64,000 nt of DNA from Gemmatimonadaceae bacterium (GTDB taxonomy: Bacteria > Gemmatimonadota > Gemmatimonadetes > Gemmatimonadales > Gemmatimonadaceae): NCBI GenBank assembly GCA_044224875.1, contig JBGAJQ010000005.1:1-64000 (forward strand), in the 5' to 3' direction. Numbering within the stretch: the stretch's first letter is position 1; each line of letters begins with the position of its first letter. Below are positions 49,261-59,999 of the stretch, in pieces. A model generated the notes under the pieces. The model was not told the origin of the DNA. It made no database searches and saw only the letters and a program-made list of their open reading frames with translations. Position numbers and translations under genes: made by a program.

Positions 49261-50649
49261 ATGCGCTTTGCCCTTGTGACCCTCGGGTGTGACAAGAACA
49301 CCGTGGACAGTGAACGCTACATCGCCGAACTCGAGGCCTACGGTGGAGTGGCGACGGAGTCACTGGAAGACGCGGAGGTGATTCTCGTCAACACTTGCGG
49401 GTTCATTGACGCGGCCAAGCGGGAATCGATCGAAGCCCTGGTCGACGCGGGGCGATACCGCACCACCAGCTGCAAGGCCGTGGTTGCACTGGGCTGCATG
49501 GTGGAGCGTCACGGGAAGGAGCTGGCGGATGCCCTTCCCGAGGTCGATCACTTTCTCGGGGCATCGCAGGGGGACCAGCTCGTCCCACTGTTGCGCGAGC
49601 GCGGACTGTTGCAGGGGACACGGATCCTGGACCACCCAGGAGTTCGGGTGTACAGCGGCGAGCTGCCCCACGTTCGCTACCTGAAGATCAGCGAAGGATG
49701 CGACCACGGTTGTGCCTTCTGCGCCATTCCGCTGATGCGCGGAAAACATCGCTCGTTTGGCCTGACGGACCTGATACGCGAGGCGCAGCTGCTGGAGCTG
49801 CAGGGTGCCCGCGAGATCAACCTGGTGGCACAGGACCTCGCGCACTACGGACGGGACGTGCGGGATGGCCGGGGCTTACCCGACCTCCTCACGTCGCTGC
49901 TGGCGGAAACGGAAGTGCCATGGTACCGGCTGTTGTACATCTACAGTGCCGGCCTCACCCCGCCACTGTTGGAGCTGATGGCGCGGGAGCCGCGAATTGT
50001 GCCCTACCTCGACATCCCGATGCAGCACGCCGCCGATCGCGTACTGGCCAGGATGCGCCGGCCGGAGCGACAGGCGACACAACGCGAACGGATCCGTAGG
50101 ATTCGGGAGATCGTGCCCCACGTGGCAATCCGCACGACGGTGATTGTCGGCTTTCCTGGGGAACGTGAGGAGGACGTCCAGGAACTCCTGGCGTTTCTCG
50201 AGGAGATTCAACTCGACCGTGTCGGCGTCTTCACCTACTCGGCGCAGGAAGGAACGAAGGCGTTTGAGCTGGATGATGACGTGCCAGAAGATGAGAAGCG
50301 CGAGCGCCAGGAACGTGTGGTGGCCCTGCAGCGTGTCATCACCTCCGAGCGATACGACGGGTACGTGGGGCGCACGGTGCGCGGGATCGTTGATCGCCCG
50401 GCGGGAGCCGACGGCTGGGCGGTCGCTCGAATCACCGCCCAGGCGGACGACATCGATGGGGTGACGCACGTGCAGAGTAACGCGCCCGCCGGCGCCATGT
50501 TGGACCTGCGTCTCGACGGCATCGTCGATGACTACGACTTCTCCGCGACGCAGGTTGCGCTGGTGTCCGCACCCTCTGTGCCTGCACCGTCGGCTCGAAC
50601 GCGTGCCCTGCCGTTGGCCTCCTCGTCCATCGGGACCTATGGGAGATGA
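49261..50649 (+). CDS. rimO: Ribosomal protein S12 methylthiotransferase
   Basis: LGCDKNTVDSE, NTCGFI, CDHGCAFC radical-SAM motif, IVGFPGE and TRAM-like end. Confidence 0.92.
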   Translation: MRFALVTLGCDKNTVDSERYIAELEAYGGVATESLEDAEVILVNTCGFIDAAKRESIEALVDAGRYRTTSCKAVVALGCMVERHGKELADALPEVDHFLGASQGDQLVPLLRERGLLQGTRILDHPGVRVYSGELPHVRYLKISEGCDHGCAFCAIPLMRGKHRSFGLTDLIREAQLLELQGAREINLVAQDLAHYGRDVRDGRGLPDLLTSLLAETEVPWYRLLYIYSAGLTPPLLELMAREPRIVPYLDIPMQHAADRVLARMRRPERQATQRERIRRIREIVPHVAIRTTVIVGFPGEREEDVQELLAFLEEIQLDRVGVFTYSAQEGTKAFELDDDVPEDEKRERQERVVALQRVITSERYDGYVGRTVRGIVDRPAGADGWAVARITAQADDIDGVTHVQSNAPAGAMLDLRLDGIVDDYDFSATQVALVSAPSVPAPSARTRALPLASSSIGTYGR

Positions 50650-51931
50650 GCGCGTGGCGCGGCATCGCGTGCGAGTGTTCATCGCTGCCGCGCCACTCGT
50701 CGTTGGTCTTGGGGTGGCGTGTGGCGCCCGCACCGCGCCGGCACGATGGGGTCCCATGCCGGCGGTGGCCATCCCTCACCGAGCGGTTCGTGTCGCGTTA
50801 GGCGCTGAGCGTGGGATCGCCCGCATTGCTGCGAATCGGGCGTGGCACCTGACGGACCTCAGCGGCCACGCCGTGGTGCGCCCCACTCGCCTGGACGGAT
50901 GGGGCATCGAACGACGTGGCTCGCGCGTCCGTGCCGTGCAAGCCGACGGATATGCCTCCCCGTGGGTCGACGGCGGCATTCTGCTGGTGGTCGACGACAC
51001 CGCCGGGCGCGTGCAGTGGAATGCGCGCGCGTACCGCGGCAACCTCGCGTTCCACCCCACGGATTCGGCGACCCTGGCCGTGAATGTGCTGGATGCCGAG
51101 TCGTACCTGCGAGGGGTGGTGCCGCTGGAGATGGGATCACGACCGGCCAGCGACCTCGCCGCGGTCGAGGCGCAGGCGGTGGTGGCACGGTCGTTCGCTT
51201 TCGAGCGCATGAACTCCAATGCGCAGCGGGCTTACGACCTGACGGCCTCCGAACTCGATCAAGTCTATGGTGGCGTGAACGCCGAGACGCCACAAGGCGA
51301 TGCCGCGGTCGCCTCCACGCAAGGCTTGGTGCTGTCGTACCAGGGCCGAGCGATTGGGGCACCCTACCACGCGGTGTGTGGTGGCCGCACGGCGTCCGCG
51401 AGCGATGTGTGGCGGTCTGCGGGGGCCCCATATCTGCAAGGCGTTTCCGACCAAATCCCGGGGACCGATCGCTCCTACTGCGACCTGTCACCGCGCTTCC
51501 GATGGGAGCGGTCTTTCACGGCGACGGCGTTGCGCGACGTGTTCGAGCGGTACGCACGCCAGTACGTGGCGGCCGCGACCGCATCGTTTGGCGCGGTGCG
51601 TGATGTACGCGTGACGCAGACCACCGGTGGCGGTCGCGTGGCCACGTTAGGGGTAGCCACCGATGGTGGTGCGTACCAACTGGTCGGCAACGACATCCGC
51701 TTCGTACTGCGCGGGCCAAGTGGCGATCTCTTGCCCAGCACATATTTTTCGCTCGAGCCGGTGATTGGGCGCTACGGAAAACTGATGCAGCTTCTTGTTC
51801 ATGGTCTGGGGAATGGTCACGGGGTCGGGATGTGCCAGTGGGGCGCGATTGCCAGGGCACGGGCCGGCCAGGATGTTCGCACGATTCTGCATGCCTACTT
51901 CCCGGCGGCCGATCTCGCGCGCGGCACCTGA
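50639..51931 (+). CDS. SpoIID/LytB domain peptidoglycan lytic protein (probable lipoprotein)
   Basis: YLRGVVPLEM, AQAVVARS, DQVYGG and GHGVGMCQWGA; start 50639 or 50654. Confidence 0.88.
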   Translation: MGDERVARHRVRVFIAAAPLVVGLGVACGARTAPARWGPMPAVAIPHRAVRVALGAERGIARIAANRAWHLTDLSGHAVVRPTRLDGWGIERRGSRVRAVQADGYASPWVDGGILLVVDDTAGRVQWNARAYRGNLAFHPTDSATLAVNVLDAESYLRGVVPLEMGSRPASDLAAVEAQAVVARSFAFERMNSNAQRAYDLTASELDQVYGGVNAETPQGDAAVASTQGLVLSYQGRAIGAPYHAVCGGRTASASDVWRSAGAPYLQGVSDQIPGTDRSYCDLSPRFRWERSFTATALRDVFERYARQYVAAATASFGAVRDVRVTQTTGGGRVATLGVATDGGAYQLVGNDIRFVLRGPSGDLLPSTYFSLEPVIGRYGKLMQLLVHGLGNGHGVGMCQWGAIARARAGQDVRTILHAYFPAADLARGT

Positions 51932-51985
51932 CGCGTGGCGATTGGCTGCCGTTCGAGGTTACACCATCGTTAGGAAACGCAAGGG

Positions 51986-52993
51986 ATGAAGCAGAACCTC
52001 CATGTGGCGGTCGTGGGTGTTGGCGCCATCTCGCAACTCATCCACGTGCCCACGCTCGCCAAGATGCGCGGCGTGGAAGTGGTCGCCCTCGTTGACGCGG
52101 ACAGCGCCAAGGCCCGCACGATCGCGGCCCGATTCGAGGTTCCCTACACGTTCACGGACATCGACGAGTTGTTGGAGCTGGATGGGCTCGATGCGGTGAT
52201 CATCGCGACACCCAACCACATGCACGAACCGCATGTGCTGGCCGCGCTGGCGGCAGGGGTGGACGTGCTGTGCGAGCGTCCCTTGTCGTTCACCTCCAAG
52301 GGCATCGAGCGCATCCTGGCGGCCGCCAGCCGGTCGGGCCGGCGCATCCTGGTTGGGAATAACCACCGCTTCCGTTCCGACGTGGAAGGGTTGGGCCGGT
52401 TCATGCGAGGCGGTGAGCTGGGGCGCCTCGCCGGTATTCGCGCCGGCTCGTTCCACCCGCGTGGGCGTGCCGAGGGCTGGCGTACGCGTCGCCAGGAGTC
52501 AGGGGGTGGCGCGTTGCTCGAACATGGCCTGCCGTTGATCGATCTGGCGTTGTGGCTGGCCGAGTATCCACCGCCGGTCCGCGTCTGGGCCCATATGGAT
52601 CGCTCACGGAATGCCAAGAACGCGGTGGAAGAAACGGCGGCCGTCGCGATCGCCTGTGCCGATGGTTCTTCCTTCATGTTCGACATTTCGTGGTCCTATG
52701 TTGGGAACGAGGAGCGGTGGTGGTTCGAAGTGCTTTCATCGCGCGGGAGCGCGCGACTGGCTCCCTTGCGCGTGGTAAAGGAGATCAACGGGCAGCCGGT
52801 GGACGTGTCCCCCAGCGGCGCTTCGGCGCGCGAAAGCGCGTTCAACCAATCGTACCGCGCCGAACTGGCGCACTTTGTGTCGGTGGTTCGCGGGGACACG
52901 CCATACGAGGCGCCGACGGACCAGGTGGTGCTCCACCGCGTGCTGGAAGCTGCCTACAAGTCCGCGGACGAGGGGCGCGAAGTGAAGCTGTGA
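51986..52993 (+). CDS. Gfo/Idh/MocA family oxidoreductase
   Basis: GVGAIS, ATPNHMH, CERP (EKP variant) and GGGALLEHG. Confidence 0.88.
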   Translation: MKQNLHVAVVGVGAISQLIHVPTLAKMRGVEVVALVDADSAKARTIAARFEVPYTFTDIDELLELDGLDAVIIATPNHMHEPHVLAALAAGVDVLCERPLSFTSKGIERILAAASRSGRRILVGNNHRFRSDVEGLGRFMRGGELGRLAGIRAGSFHPRGRAEGWRTRRQESGGGALLEHGLPLIDLALWLAEYPPPVRVWAHMDRSRNAKNAVEETAAVAIACADGSSFMFDISWSYVGNEERWWFEVLSSRGSARLAPLRVVKEINGQPVDVSPSGASARESAFNQSYRAELAHFVSVVRGDTPYEAPTDQVVLHRVLEAAYKSADEGREVKL

Positions 52994-54312
52994 GATCGTT
53001 GCCCAGGCTGCGATGGTGCCATCTGGTGTTGTGCCTGGCGACAATACACGTCAGCCAGCCTGCGCACGCTCAGACAGACGTGTCGCGCGGAAGTGAGCAA
53101 CGAGCGGCCGGGCAAGCCGCAACCGCGACGACCAGCGACTCGCTCAGCGTCTACTTGATGACGATGGGGCAGGGTGACCAGGTGTGGGAAAAATTCGGGC
53201 ACAACGCGATTGGGGTGCGCGACGCCCGTGCCGGCACGGACATCGTCTACAACTGGGGCATGTTCTCGTTCGATCAGCCGGGGTTCATTCCGCGCTTCCT
53301 GCGGGGCCTCATGACGTACTGGATGGCGCCCTTCGACGCCTCGCAAACGCTGATGTTCTACATCGGGGCCAATCGCACCGTCACCATCCAGGAATTGAAC
53401 CTGACGACGGACGAAAAGGTGGCGCTGCGGGACTTCCTGGCCTGGAATGCGCTCGACGAGAACAAGTTCTATCGGTATGACTACTTTCGCGACAACTGCT
53501 CCACCCGCGCGCGCGACGCGCTGGATCGCGTGCTGCACGGGGAGCTGCGTCGTCAGCTGGAACCAGTTGCCACCACCCTCAGTTATCGCGATCACGCGCT
53601 ACGATTGACCCAGGACGACTGGCTCACGTCCACCGGCATCGACATCGGACTGGGGCTACCCACGGACCGGCACCTTTCGGCGTGGGAGGAAGGATTCATC
53701 CCCATGTCGCTTCGGGACCGGTTGCGGGCCGTTCGCATCCAGCGTCCCGGCGTGGCCGATCAGCCACTGGTCCGCGCCGAGCGCACGGTGTTCCTCGCGA
53801 CCCGCCAGGTGGAACCCGCGACGCCGGCCAACCGCGCGCCTCTGTTCTTCCTCGTCAGCGCGGCGTTGGCCCTAGTGGTCGTGATACTCGCCACCCGGGC
53901 GACCCGAGGGCTCCATTGGGCTCGCGCGCTCGTTGTCGGGTGGACGGTGACGTGGGGAACGATCACCGGGCTGCTCGGTGTCCTGCTCACACTCCTGTGG
54001 ACTGTGACGGAGCACGTCTCTGCGTACCGGAACATGAACCTGTTTCACCTGCAACCGGTGTGGCTGGTGGTCGCGGTGATGGTGGCGATTGCTGCTGGGA
54101 AGAAAGCGACGCCCCAGGGTTCGGCCACTCGGCTGGCGCGCGTGTTGGCCCTGACCTGCGGCGTGTTGAGTGTGGTGGGATTTGTGGTTCTCGCGTTCCC
54201 TGGCCTTCGTCAGGGCTTTGGGGCACCGGTGGCCCTCACCGCGCCGCTCAATCTGGCGACGGTCTTTGCCATCACTCGGCTGTTCCCGGCAGCTGCCGCG
54301 CCGCGAGCATGA
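52990..54312 (+). CDS. DUF4105 / Lnb-like membrane protein
   Basis: FGHNAI, YNWGMFSF, YRYDYFRDNCSTR (His/Cys catalytic-type motifs) and C-terminal TMs. Confidence 0.8.
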   Translation: MRSLPRLRWCHLVLCLATIHVSQPAHAQTDVSRGSEQRAAGQAATATTSDSLSVYLMTMGQGDQVWEKFGHNAIGVRDARAGTDIVYNWGMFSFDQPGFIPRFLRGLMTYWMAPFDASQTLMFYIGANRTVTIQELNLTTDEKVALRDFLAWNALDENKFYRYDYFRDNCSTRARDALDRVLHGELRRQLEPVATTLSYRDHALRLTQDDWLTSTGIDIGLGLPTDRHLSAWEEGFIPMSLRDRLRAVRIQRPGVADQPLVRAERTVFLATRQVEPATPANRAPLFFLVSAALALVVVILATRATRGLHWARALVVGWTVTWGTITGLLGVLLTLLWTVTEHVSAYRNMNLFHLQPVWLVVAVMVAIAAGKKATPQGSATRLARVLALTCGVLSVVGFVVLAFPGLRQGFGAPVALTAPLNLATVFAITRLFPAAAAPRA

Positions 54313-56237
54313 GCGAATCGATCGGCATTGATGTCGGCGGCACGTTCACGGACATCGTAATCGTCGATGCCGGGGGACACGCGCGGGCCGGCAAGGTGAT
54401 GTCGACGCCACAGGACCAGGGGGAAGGCGTGGCGCGCGCCATCACGCAGTTCGTCGCCGATCCCCGCAACGTTTCGCGCATCGTGCACGGCACCACCGTG
54501 GTCACCAACCTGCTGCTGGAGCGCAAGGGAGCGCGAGTGGTCCTCTGCGCCACGTCCGGGGCCACCGACCTGTTGGAGCTGCGACGTCAGGAACGGGCGG
54601 GGCTCTACGACCTATCGGCACAGCACCCGGCGCCACTGGTCTCGCCCGACGACGTAGTTCCGGTGCCGGGGCGCATCACGCCGGATGGCATCCAACAGCC
54701 GTTGGAGGTGGCGGCCGCGACACAGGTCGCCGACCACGTGGCGCGTCTGGCCCCCGACGTGGTGGCGGTCTCCCTCCTGCACGCCTACGAAGATCCCCAG
54801 CACGAGCGCGTGCTGGCAGATGCGCTGCGTCAGCGGCTGGCGGGATTGGACGTGGTCTGCTCATCCGACGTCCTTCCCGAGATTCGGGAGTACGAGCGCA
54901 CGGCAACGACATGTTGTGAGGCCTACGCCCGCCCCCGAGTGACGCGCTACCTGTCCGGACTCGCCGGGCGACTGCGGGACCTGGGAATGCCGGCACCGAG
55001 CGTGGTGTCGTCAGGCGGCGGGTTGCAGCCGGCGGATAGGGCTGCCCAGGCCGCAGCGTCCCTGGCACTCTCCGGACCGGCCGGTGGCGTCGCCGGTGCG
55101 GCCCTCGTGGCTCGGCTGGCCGGGTTCACCCAGGCACTGAGCATCGACATCGGCGGCACCAGCGCCGACGTGGGGCTGATCCTGGACGGCGAGCCACTCG
55201 TTGAAGCTGGAGGTGAGGTCGCCGGGATTCCCATCGCCCTTCCGCGCGTGCTGGTGGAGACCGTGTCCGCCGGTGGCGGGAGCGTCGGATGGGTGGATGA
55301 CGGGGGCGCGCTGCGCGTTGGCCCGCGAAGCGCCGGGGCGGTGCCGGGGCCCGTGGCCTTCGGCCGCGGGGGAACCGAGGCGACGGTCACCGACGCCCAC
55401 ATTGCGTTAGGCAATATCATGGCCCGTCACTTCAGTGATGAGGTCACCCTGGACGTGGATGGGGCACGGCGTGTGGTCGGTGCCCTGGCCGCGCGCATGG
55501 GGGCCTCGCTGGAGCGCACGGCGGAGGCCATGATCGCCACCGCCGACGCCGCCATGGCGCGGGCGCTCCGCCGGGTGAGCGTGGAACGCGGTGTGGACCC
55601 ACGACAGTGCCTCCTGGTGGCCTTTGGCGGCGGTGGCCCGCTTCACGCCTGCGGACTCGCCGACGCCTTGCGCATGACCACGATCCTCATCCCTCCGCAT
55701 GCCGGCGTGCTGAGTGCGTTGGGGCTGGCGGTGGCGCCAGCGCGGCGCTCGGCCATGCACAGCGTCATGCGCCAGACCTCCGAGGTCTCGAACGAGCAGC
55801 TGGCGCATCGCGTGTCTGAGCTGGCGGATGCCGCTGGCCGCGACACGGGCCCTCACGTGTTGCCGGTGGCCCGCATGCGCTTCCGGGGGCAGGGCCACGA
55901 ACTGGAGGTGCCCTTCGAGCCGACGGATCGCGTCCCTAACCTCGTCCAACGCTTCCTCGCGCGGCATCGCGATCGGTACGGCTTCGTGTTGCCGACCGCG
56001 CCGGAGGTGGTGAGCCTACGTGTTACGGTGTCCTCCGACGCGCTCCCGGTCACCCTGGCCCGTTCCGGGGCGCCGGGTTGGCACGCCGAATCCAGCCGAG
56101 ACAACGGCGGTCCGGCAGACGTTAGGCTGCGTGGACGGCAAGTGGTTGCCCTCCCGGATGCCACGCTGCTCATTGCCGATGGCTGGGTGGGTCGAACCTT
56201 GCCGATGGGCGGTTGGCTGCTGGAGCGTGCCTCATGA
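54309..56237 (+). CDS. Hydantoinase/oxoprolinase subunit A
   Basis: GIDVGGTFTD, HGTTVVTN, SGPAGG, DIGGTSADV, GPRSAGAVPGP and FGGGGPLHA. Confidence 0.9.
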   Translation: MSESIGIDVGGTFTDIVIVDAGGHARAGKVMSTPQDQGEGVARAITQFVADPRNVSRIVHGTTVVTNLLLERKGARVVLCATSGATDLLELRRQERAGLYDLSAQHPAPLVSPDDVVPVPGRITPDGIQQPLEVAAATQVADHVARLAPDVVAVSLLHAYEDPQHERVLADALRQRLAGLDVVCSSDVLPEIREYERTATTCCEAYARPRVTRYLSGLAGRLRDLGMPAPSVVSSGGGLQPADRAAQAAASLALSGPAGGVAGAALVARLAGFTQALSIDIGGTSADVGLILDGEPLVEAGGEVAGIPIALPRVLVETVSAGGGSVGWVDDGGALRVGPRSAGAVPGPVAFGRGGTEATVTDAHIALGNIMARHFSDEVTLDVDGARRVVGALAARMGASLERTAEAMIATADAAMARALRRVSVERGVDPRQCLLVAFGGGGPLHACGLADALRMTTILIPPHAGVLSALGLAVAPARRSAMHSVMRQTSEVSNEQLAHRVSELADAAGRDTGPHVLPVARMRFRGQGHELEVPFEPTDRVPNLVQRFLARHRDRYGFVLPTAPEVVSLRVTVSSDALPVTLARSGAPGWHAESSRDNGGPADVRLRGRQVVALPDATLLIADGWVGRTLPMGGWLLERAS

Positions 56238-57775
56238 CCGTCACCTTCGATCCGCTGGCCCTCTCCGTGGTGGGGCACGCCGTCTCCATGATCGCCGAGG
56301 AGATGGGCACGATCCTCGAACGCGGCGCGCTGTCGCCGAACATTCGCGAGCGGCGGGACGCCTCGTGCGCGCTGTTCGACGCGGGTGGTCGCATGGTGGC
56401 GCAGGCGGCCCACATTCCCGTCCACCTGGGCGCCATGCCGGAGTCCGTGCGCGCCGTACGCGATCGGGGACCCCGGGCGGGGGACGTCTTCCTCCTCAAC
56501 GATCCGTTCCGCGGTGGCTCGCACCTGCCCGACCTGACGTTGGTCCAGGCAATTGGTGCACCTGACGGCACGATCGTCGGGTATTCCGCCGTGCGGGCGC
56601 ATCACGCGGATGTCGGTGGCATGAGCCCCGGCAGCATGCCGCGTGGCGCCACCGAACTGGTGCAGGAAGGGCTGATCGTCCCGCCGGTGTGCATTGCGCG
56701 CGGCGACCTGTGGAACGAGGACGTCCTGATGTTGGTGCTGGCGAACGTGCGAACGCCGGACGAGCGACGGGGCGACTTGGAAGCGCAACGGGCGGCCTGT
56801 GCAGCGGGACGCGACGGGTGGCTGGCGCTCCGTCAGCGCATGGGCGCCGAGGCGCTCGATGCTGCCTGCGATGCCCTGCTGGACTACACGGAGCGACGTG
56901 CCCGTTCGCGCATCAAACAGCTGGGCGCCGTGCGAGGACACGCTCGCGACGCACTGGAGGGTGACGGCGTCACGGATGATGACGTTCCCGTGGTGGTGAC
57001 GATCGAGGCGGTGGAGGATCGCCTGCGGGTGGACTTTACGGGGACCGCATCGGCCGTGCGCGGGAACGTCAATTGCCCCGTGGCCGTCACGCGTGCGGCA
57101 TGCGTGTTTGTCATTCGCACGTTGCTGAACGACGATGTGCCGACGAACGACGGCATCGCCCGGGCGTTGGAGCTCGTCGTGCCGCCGGGGTGCGCCGTGA
57201 ATGCCGCGTGGCCCTCGGCCGTGGCTGCTGGGAACGTGGAGATGTCGCAGCGGATCACCGATACGTTGTTCGCTGCCCTGGCCGCCGCGGGTGTGAGTGT
57301 TCCCGCGCAAGGGCAGGGCACGATGAACAACATTACCTTTGGCGGTGCGGGATGGACGTTCTACGAAACGTTAGGTGGCGGGCAGGGCGCCAGCGCGCGT
57401 GGGCCCGGTCCGAGTGCCGTGCACGTCGGGATGTCCAATACCCGCAACACGCCGATCGAGTCGCTGGAGCGTGCGTATCCCATTCGCATCGATGAGTACG
57501 CGATTCGACGGCGATCCGGTGGCGTCGGACAACACGCCGGTGGCGACGGGATCGTGCGTCAGTATCGCGTGCTGGAGCGTTGCACGGTGACCCTGCTAAC
57601 CGAACGCCGCCGCCTGGCACCAGCGGGTGCGCATGGAGGCGCGCCGGGCGCCGTCGGCCGCAACCTGCTGAACGGTGCGCCCATTCCCGCCAAGTGCCGC
57701 ATGGAGTTGCACCCTGGGGACGTGGTCACGGTGGAGACGCCGGGAGGTGGCGGCTGGGGCACGCCCCAAACCTAA
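56234..57775 (+). CDS. Hydantoinase/oxoprolinase subunit B
   Basis: SPNIRERRD, HIPVHLG, NDPFRGGSHLPD, HHADVGG and TPGGGGWG. Confidence 0.92.
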   Translation: MTVTFDPLALSVVGHAVSMIAEEMGTILERGALSPNIRERRDASCALFDAGGRMVAQAAHIPVHLGAMPESVRAVRDRGPRAGDVFLLNDPFRGGSHLPDLTLVQAIGAPDGTIVGYSAVRAHHADVGGMSPGSMPRGATELVQEGLIVPPVCIARGDLWNEDVLMLVLANVRTPDERRGDLEAQRAACAAGRDGWLALRQRMGAEALDAACDALLDYTERRARSRIKQLGAVRGHARDALEGDGVTDDDVPVVVTIEAVEDRLRVDFTGTASAVRGNVNCPVAVTRAACVFVIRTLLNDDVPTNDGIARALELVVPPGCAVNAAWPSAVAAGNVEMSQRITDTLFAALAAAGVSVPAQGQGTMNNITFGGAGWTFYETLGGGQGASARGPGPSAVHVGMSNTRNTPIESLERAYPIRIDEYAIRRRSGGVGQHAGGDGIVRQYRVLERCTVTLLTERRRLAPAGAHGGAPGAVGRNLLNGAPIPAKCRMELHPGDVVTVETPGGGGWGTPQT

Positions 57776-57862
57776 GGCAAGGGGAATCCTGCTGATGGGG
57801 GGCGTTTCCTCGGCGACGACGATTGGTCGGCACCGATCTCGGTCGATCGGAACTACGCGGCG

Positions 57863-58738
57863 TTACAACCCGATCTCGGTCCCCTCGGCGGCTGCAACCA
57901 CCTGCAGGACGCCGCCGCGCTCGCGCACCATCTCGTGACACAGCGACAACATCTCGTCCAGTGCCGCGTCGCCACGGTCCGGCTCATGGTGGAAGAGCAC
58001 CAGCGTCTGGACCTCGGCCGCCAGCGCGAACTCCACGGCGTCGCGGTACGAGGAATGTCCCCACCCGCGGTGCGCCATGTACTCCGCGCCCGTGTACATC
58101 GCGTCGTGAATCAGCACCTGGGCGCCCCGCGCGAAGTCAATGAGCGCCTCGCGTGAAGCCGGTCGCGCCGCCGCGTCCGGGTCGTCGTACGACGGGTCCA
58201 GTTCGTTGTCCGGGATGAATACGAACGAACGATGCGCCTGCCCTTCGGGCCCCACCCGAAAGCCTAACGCGCCACCGGGGTGCCGCACGTCGATGGTCTT
58301 TACGTCGTAGCCCGCGGCCGTGCGTCGCGCGCCCTCGAGCGGTCGCACTTCCATACGGGCGCGCAAGGCATCGAACGCCACCGGAAACACGACAGGGCTC
58401 ATCTGCTGCCGAAGCACGATCTCCAAGCTCGCGAAAAGGGACGGTGACCCCCAGAGCGTGAACTGGTTGCCGTGCTGAAAGGCCGGCGTGAAGAACGGCA
58501 ACCCCTGGATGTGGTCCCAGTGCGCGTGACTGAAGAACACTTCACCCTTGATGTGGTCACCGTTCGCCTGCCGCACGAGCGACAGGCCAAGGTCGCGAAT
58601 ACCGGTCCCCGCGTCAAAGATCAGGAGCGCGTCGTCATCCGTGCGCACTTCCACACACGTGGTGTTCCCGCCGTACCGCACCGTGTTTGGACCCGGCGAC
58701 GGGCACGATCCACGAGTTCCCCAAAAACGAAGACGCAT
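57863..58738 (-). CDS. MBL-fold metallo-hydrolase (PhnP/RNase Z/cyclic-nucleotide PDE-like)
   Basis: WGTRGS, YGGNTTC, DAGTG, SHAHWDHIQG, GWGHS and FHHEP. Confidence 0.88.
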   Translation of the reverse strand: MRLRFWGTRGSCPSPGPNTVRYGGNTTCVEVRTDDDALLIFDAGTGIRDLGLSLVRQANGDHIKGEVFFSHAHWDHIQGLPFFTPAFQHGNQFTLWGSPSLFASLEIVLRQQMSPVVFPVAFDALRARMEVRPLEGARRTAAGYDVKTIDVRHPGGALGFRVGPEGQAHRSFVFIPDNELDPSYDDPDAAARPASREALIDFARGAQVLIHDAMYTGAEYMAHRGWGHSSYRDAVEFALAAEVQTLVLFHHEPDRGDAALDEMLSLCHEMVRERGGVLQVVAAAEGTEIGL

Positions 58739-58825
58739 GCTCCTGTGCGACTGCCTCGGCCGAGGTGGAAGGGACGGAAACGAAAGCCTAACGACCCTTG
58801 CGGGCCGTCGCCGTGGCTTGAGTCA

Positions 58826-59500
58826 CTACAGGCGTGCTTGGGCGAGCTGTTTGAGCGCCGAGCGGTTGGCGATCGAGATGCGGCGGCGTTCGACGCGGAT
58901 CAGTGACTGAATCTGGAAGTCGCGAATGGTGCGGGAAACGGTTTCGCGACTCGCGCCAATCATGTGCGCGATCGTCTGGTGCGTGAGGGGTTTCTCGATC
59001 GTGTCGGTTCCGCCTTCTTCGGCGAAATCCAGCAACAGTCTCGCAATGCGCCCCGGCACGTCCAGCAGCGCCAGTCCGTGAATCTTGGCGTCTGCGCGAC
59101 GCAGGCGGCGAGCCAGTTCCACCATCAGTGACCACGCCACGGCCGGATTCGCCTCGACCCGACGGCGGAAGTCGTCGCGACGTAGCACCAGGAGGTTCGT
59201 CTCCTCCATGGCAATCACGTGTGCCGAGCGCGGCTGGTCGTCGATCAGAGACAGCTCGCCGAAGTGCTCGCCTACGCCAAGGACGCCCAGGATCACTTCG
59301 CGCCCGTCTTCACCAATCAAAACGACTTTCACGCGCCCATCGCGCACAATGAACAGCGAATCGCCGGGATCGTCCTCGAAGACGATGACGCTGCCCTTCG
59401 GGTAGTTCTTCTCGCGGGTCAGCTCGGCAAAACGTTGAAGCTCCACATCGTCGAGCTTGGAAAACAGCGGGATCGTGCGGAGGAAGTTCGAGATTTCCAT
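58826..59500 (-). CDS. Crp/Fnr family transcriptional regulator (cAMP-binding type)
   Basis: FGELSL..PRSA phosphate-binding cassette; HTH with ASRETVSR. Confidence 0.92.
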   Translation of the reverse strand: MEISNFLRTIPLFSKLDDVELQRFAELTREKNYPKGSVIVFEDDPGDSLFIVRDGRVKVVLIGEDGREVILGVLGVGEHFGELSLIDDQPRSAHVIAMEETNLLVLRRDDFRRRVEANPAVAWSLMVELARRLRRADAKIHGLALLDVPGRIARLLLDFAEEGGTDTIEKPLTHQTIAHMIGASRETVSRTIRDFQIQSLIRVERRRISIANRSALKQLAQARL

Positions 59501-59730
59501 TCCTATCGCCTTGCCTTTGGGGACGTTTTTTCGGTCGAGCGGGTTCGTGTGATACAGACACTACCCGGCAACGGTAGACGCGCGCATTTGCGGCGCGTCA
59601 CCGAGCGCCGGAATGTCGTGCCGGACTCCTCCGGAAGCACGTAATGAGCGTCACAATCACGATTTGCACGCTTCCCATTCGACAGGAGTTTATTCCCTTC
59701 CAACGTCTGCTGCCGCTTTGATTTGTGCGC

Positions 59731-59760
59731 TTGTATCGCGCCACTCTAATGAGATATATT
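59731..59760 (+). promoter_or_regulatory. Probable sigma-70 promoter of the rpmE-prfA-prmC operon
   Basis: TTGTAT-N18-TATATT, about 30 nt upstream of rpmE. Confidence 0.45.
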
Positions 59761-59792
59761 GTCCAGCTACTTCCTGATGCCCTGAGGTTCCC

Positions 59793-59999
59793 GTGAAGGC
59801 TGATATCCATCCCGAATACGCCACTGCGACCGTGCACTGCGCGTGTGGGAATTCGTTCCAGACTCGTTCCACGTCCAGCGAACTCCACCTCGACATTTGC
59901 TCGAATTGCCACCCGTTCTTCACCGGCAAGCAAAAGCTCGTTGACACCGCTGGACGCGTCGAGCGCTTCCGTCAGAAATACGCAGGGAAGTCGAACTGA
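59793..59999 (+). CDS. rpmE: 50S ribosomal protein L31 (Zn-binding form)
   Basis: [22 protein letters not shown] and GRVERF. Confidence 0.95.
   Translation: MKADIHPEYATATVHCACGNSFQTRSTSSELHLDICSNCHPFFTGKQKLVDTAGRVERFRQKYAGKSN

Noticed and set aside
59545..59665. Possible CRP autoregulatory site (TGTGA / TCACA half-sites)
   Set aside because: The half-sites do not pair with the required TGTGA-N6-TCACA spacing.
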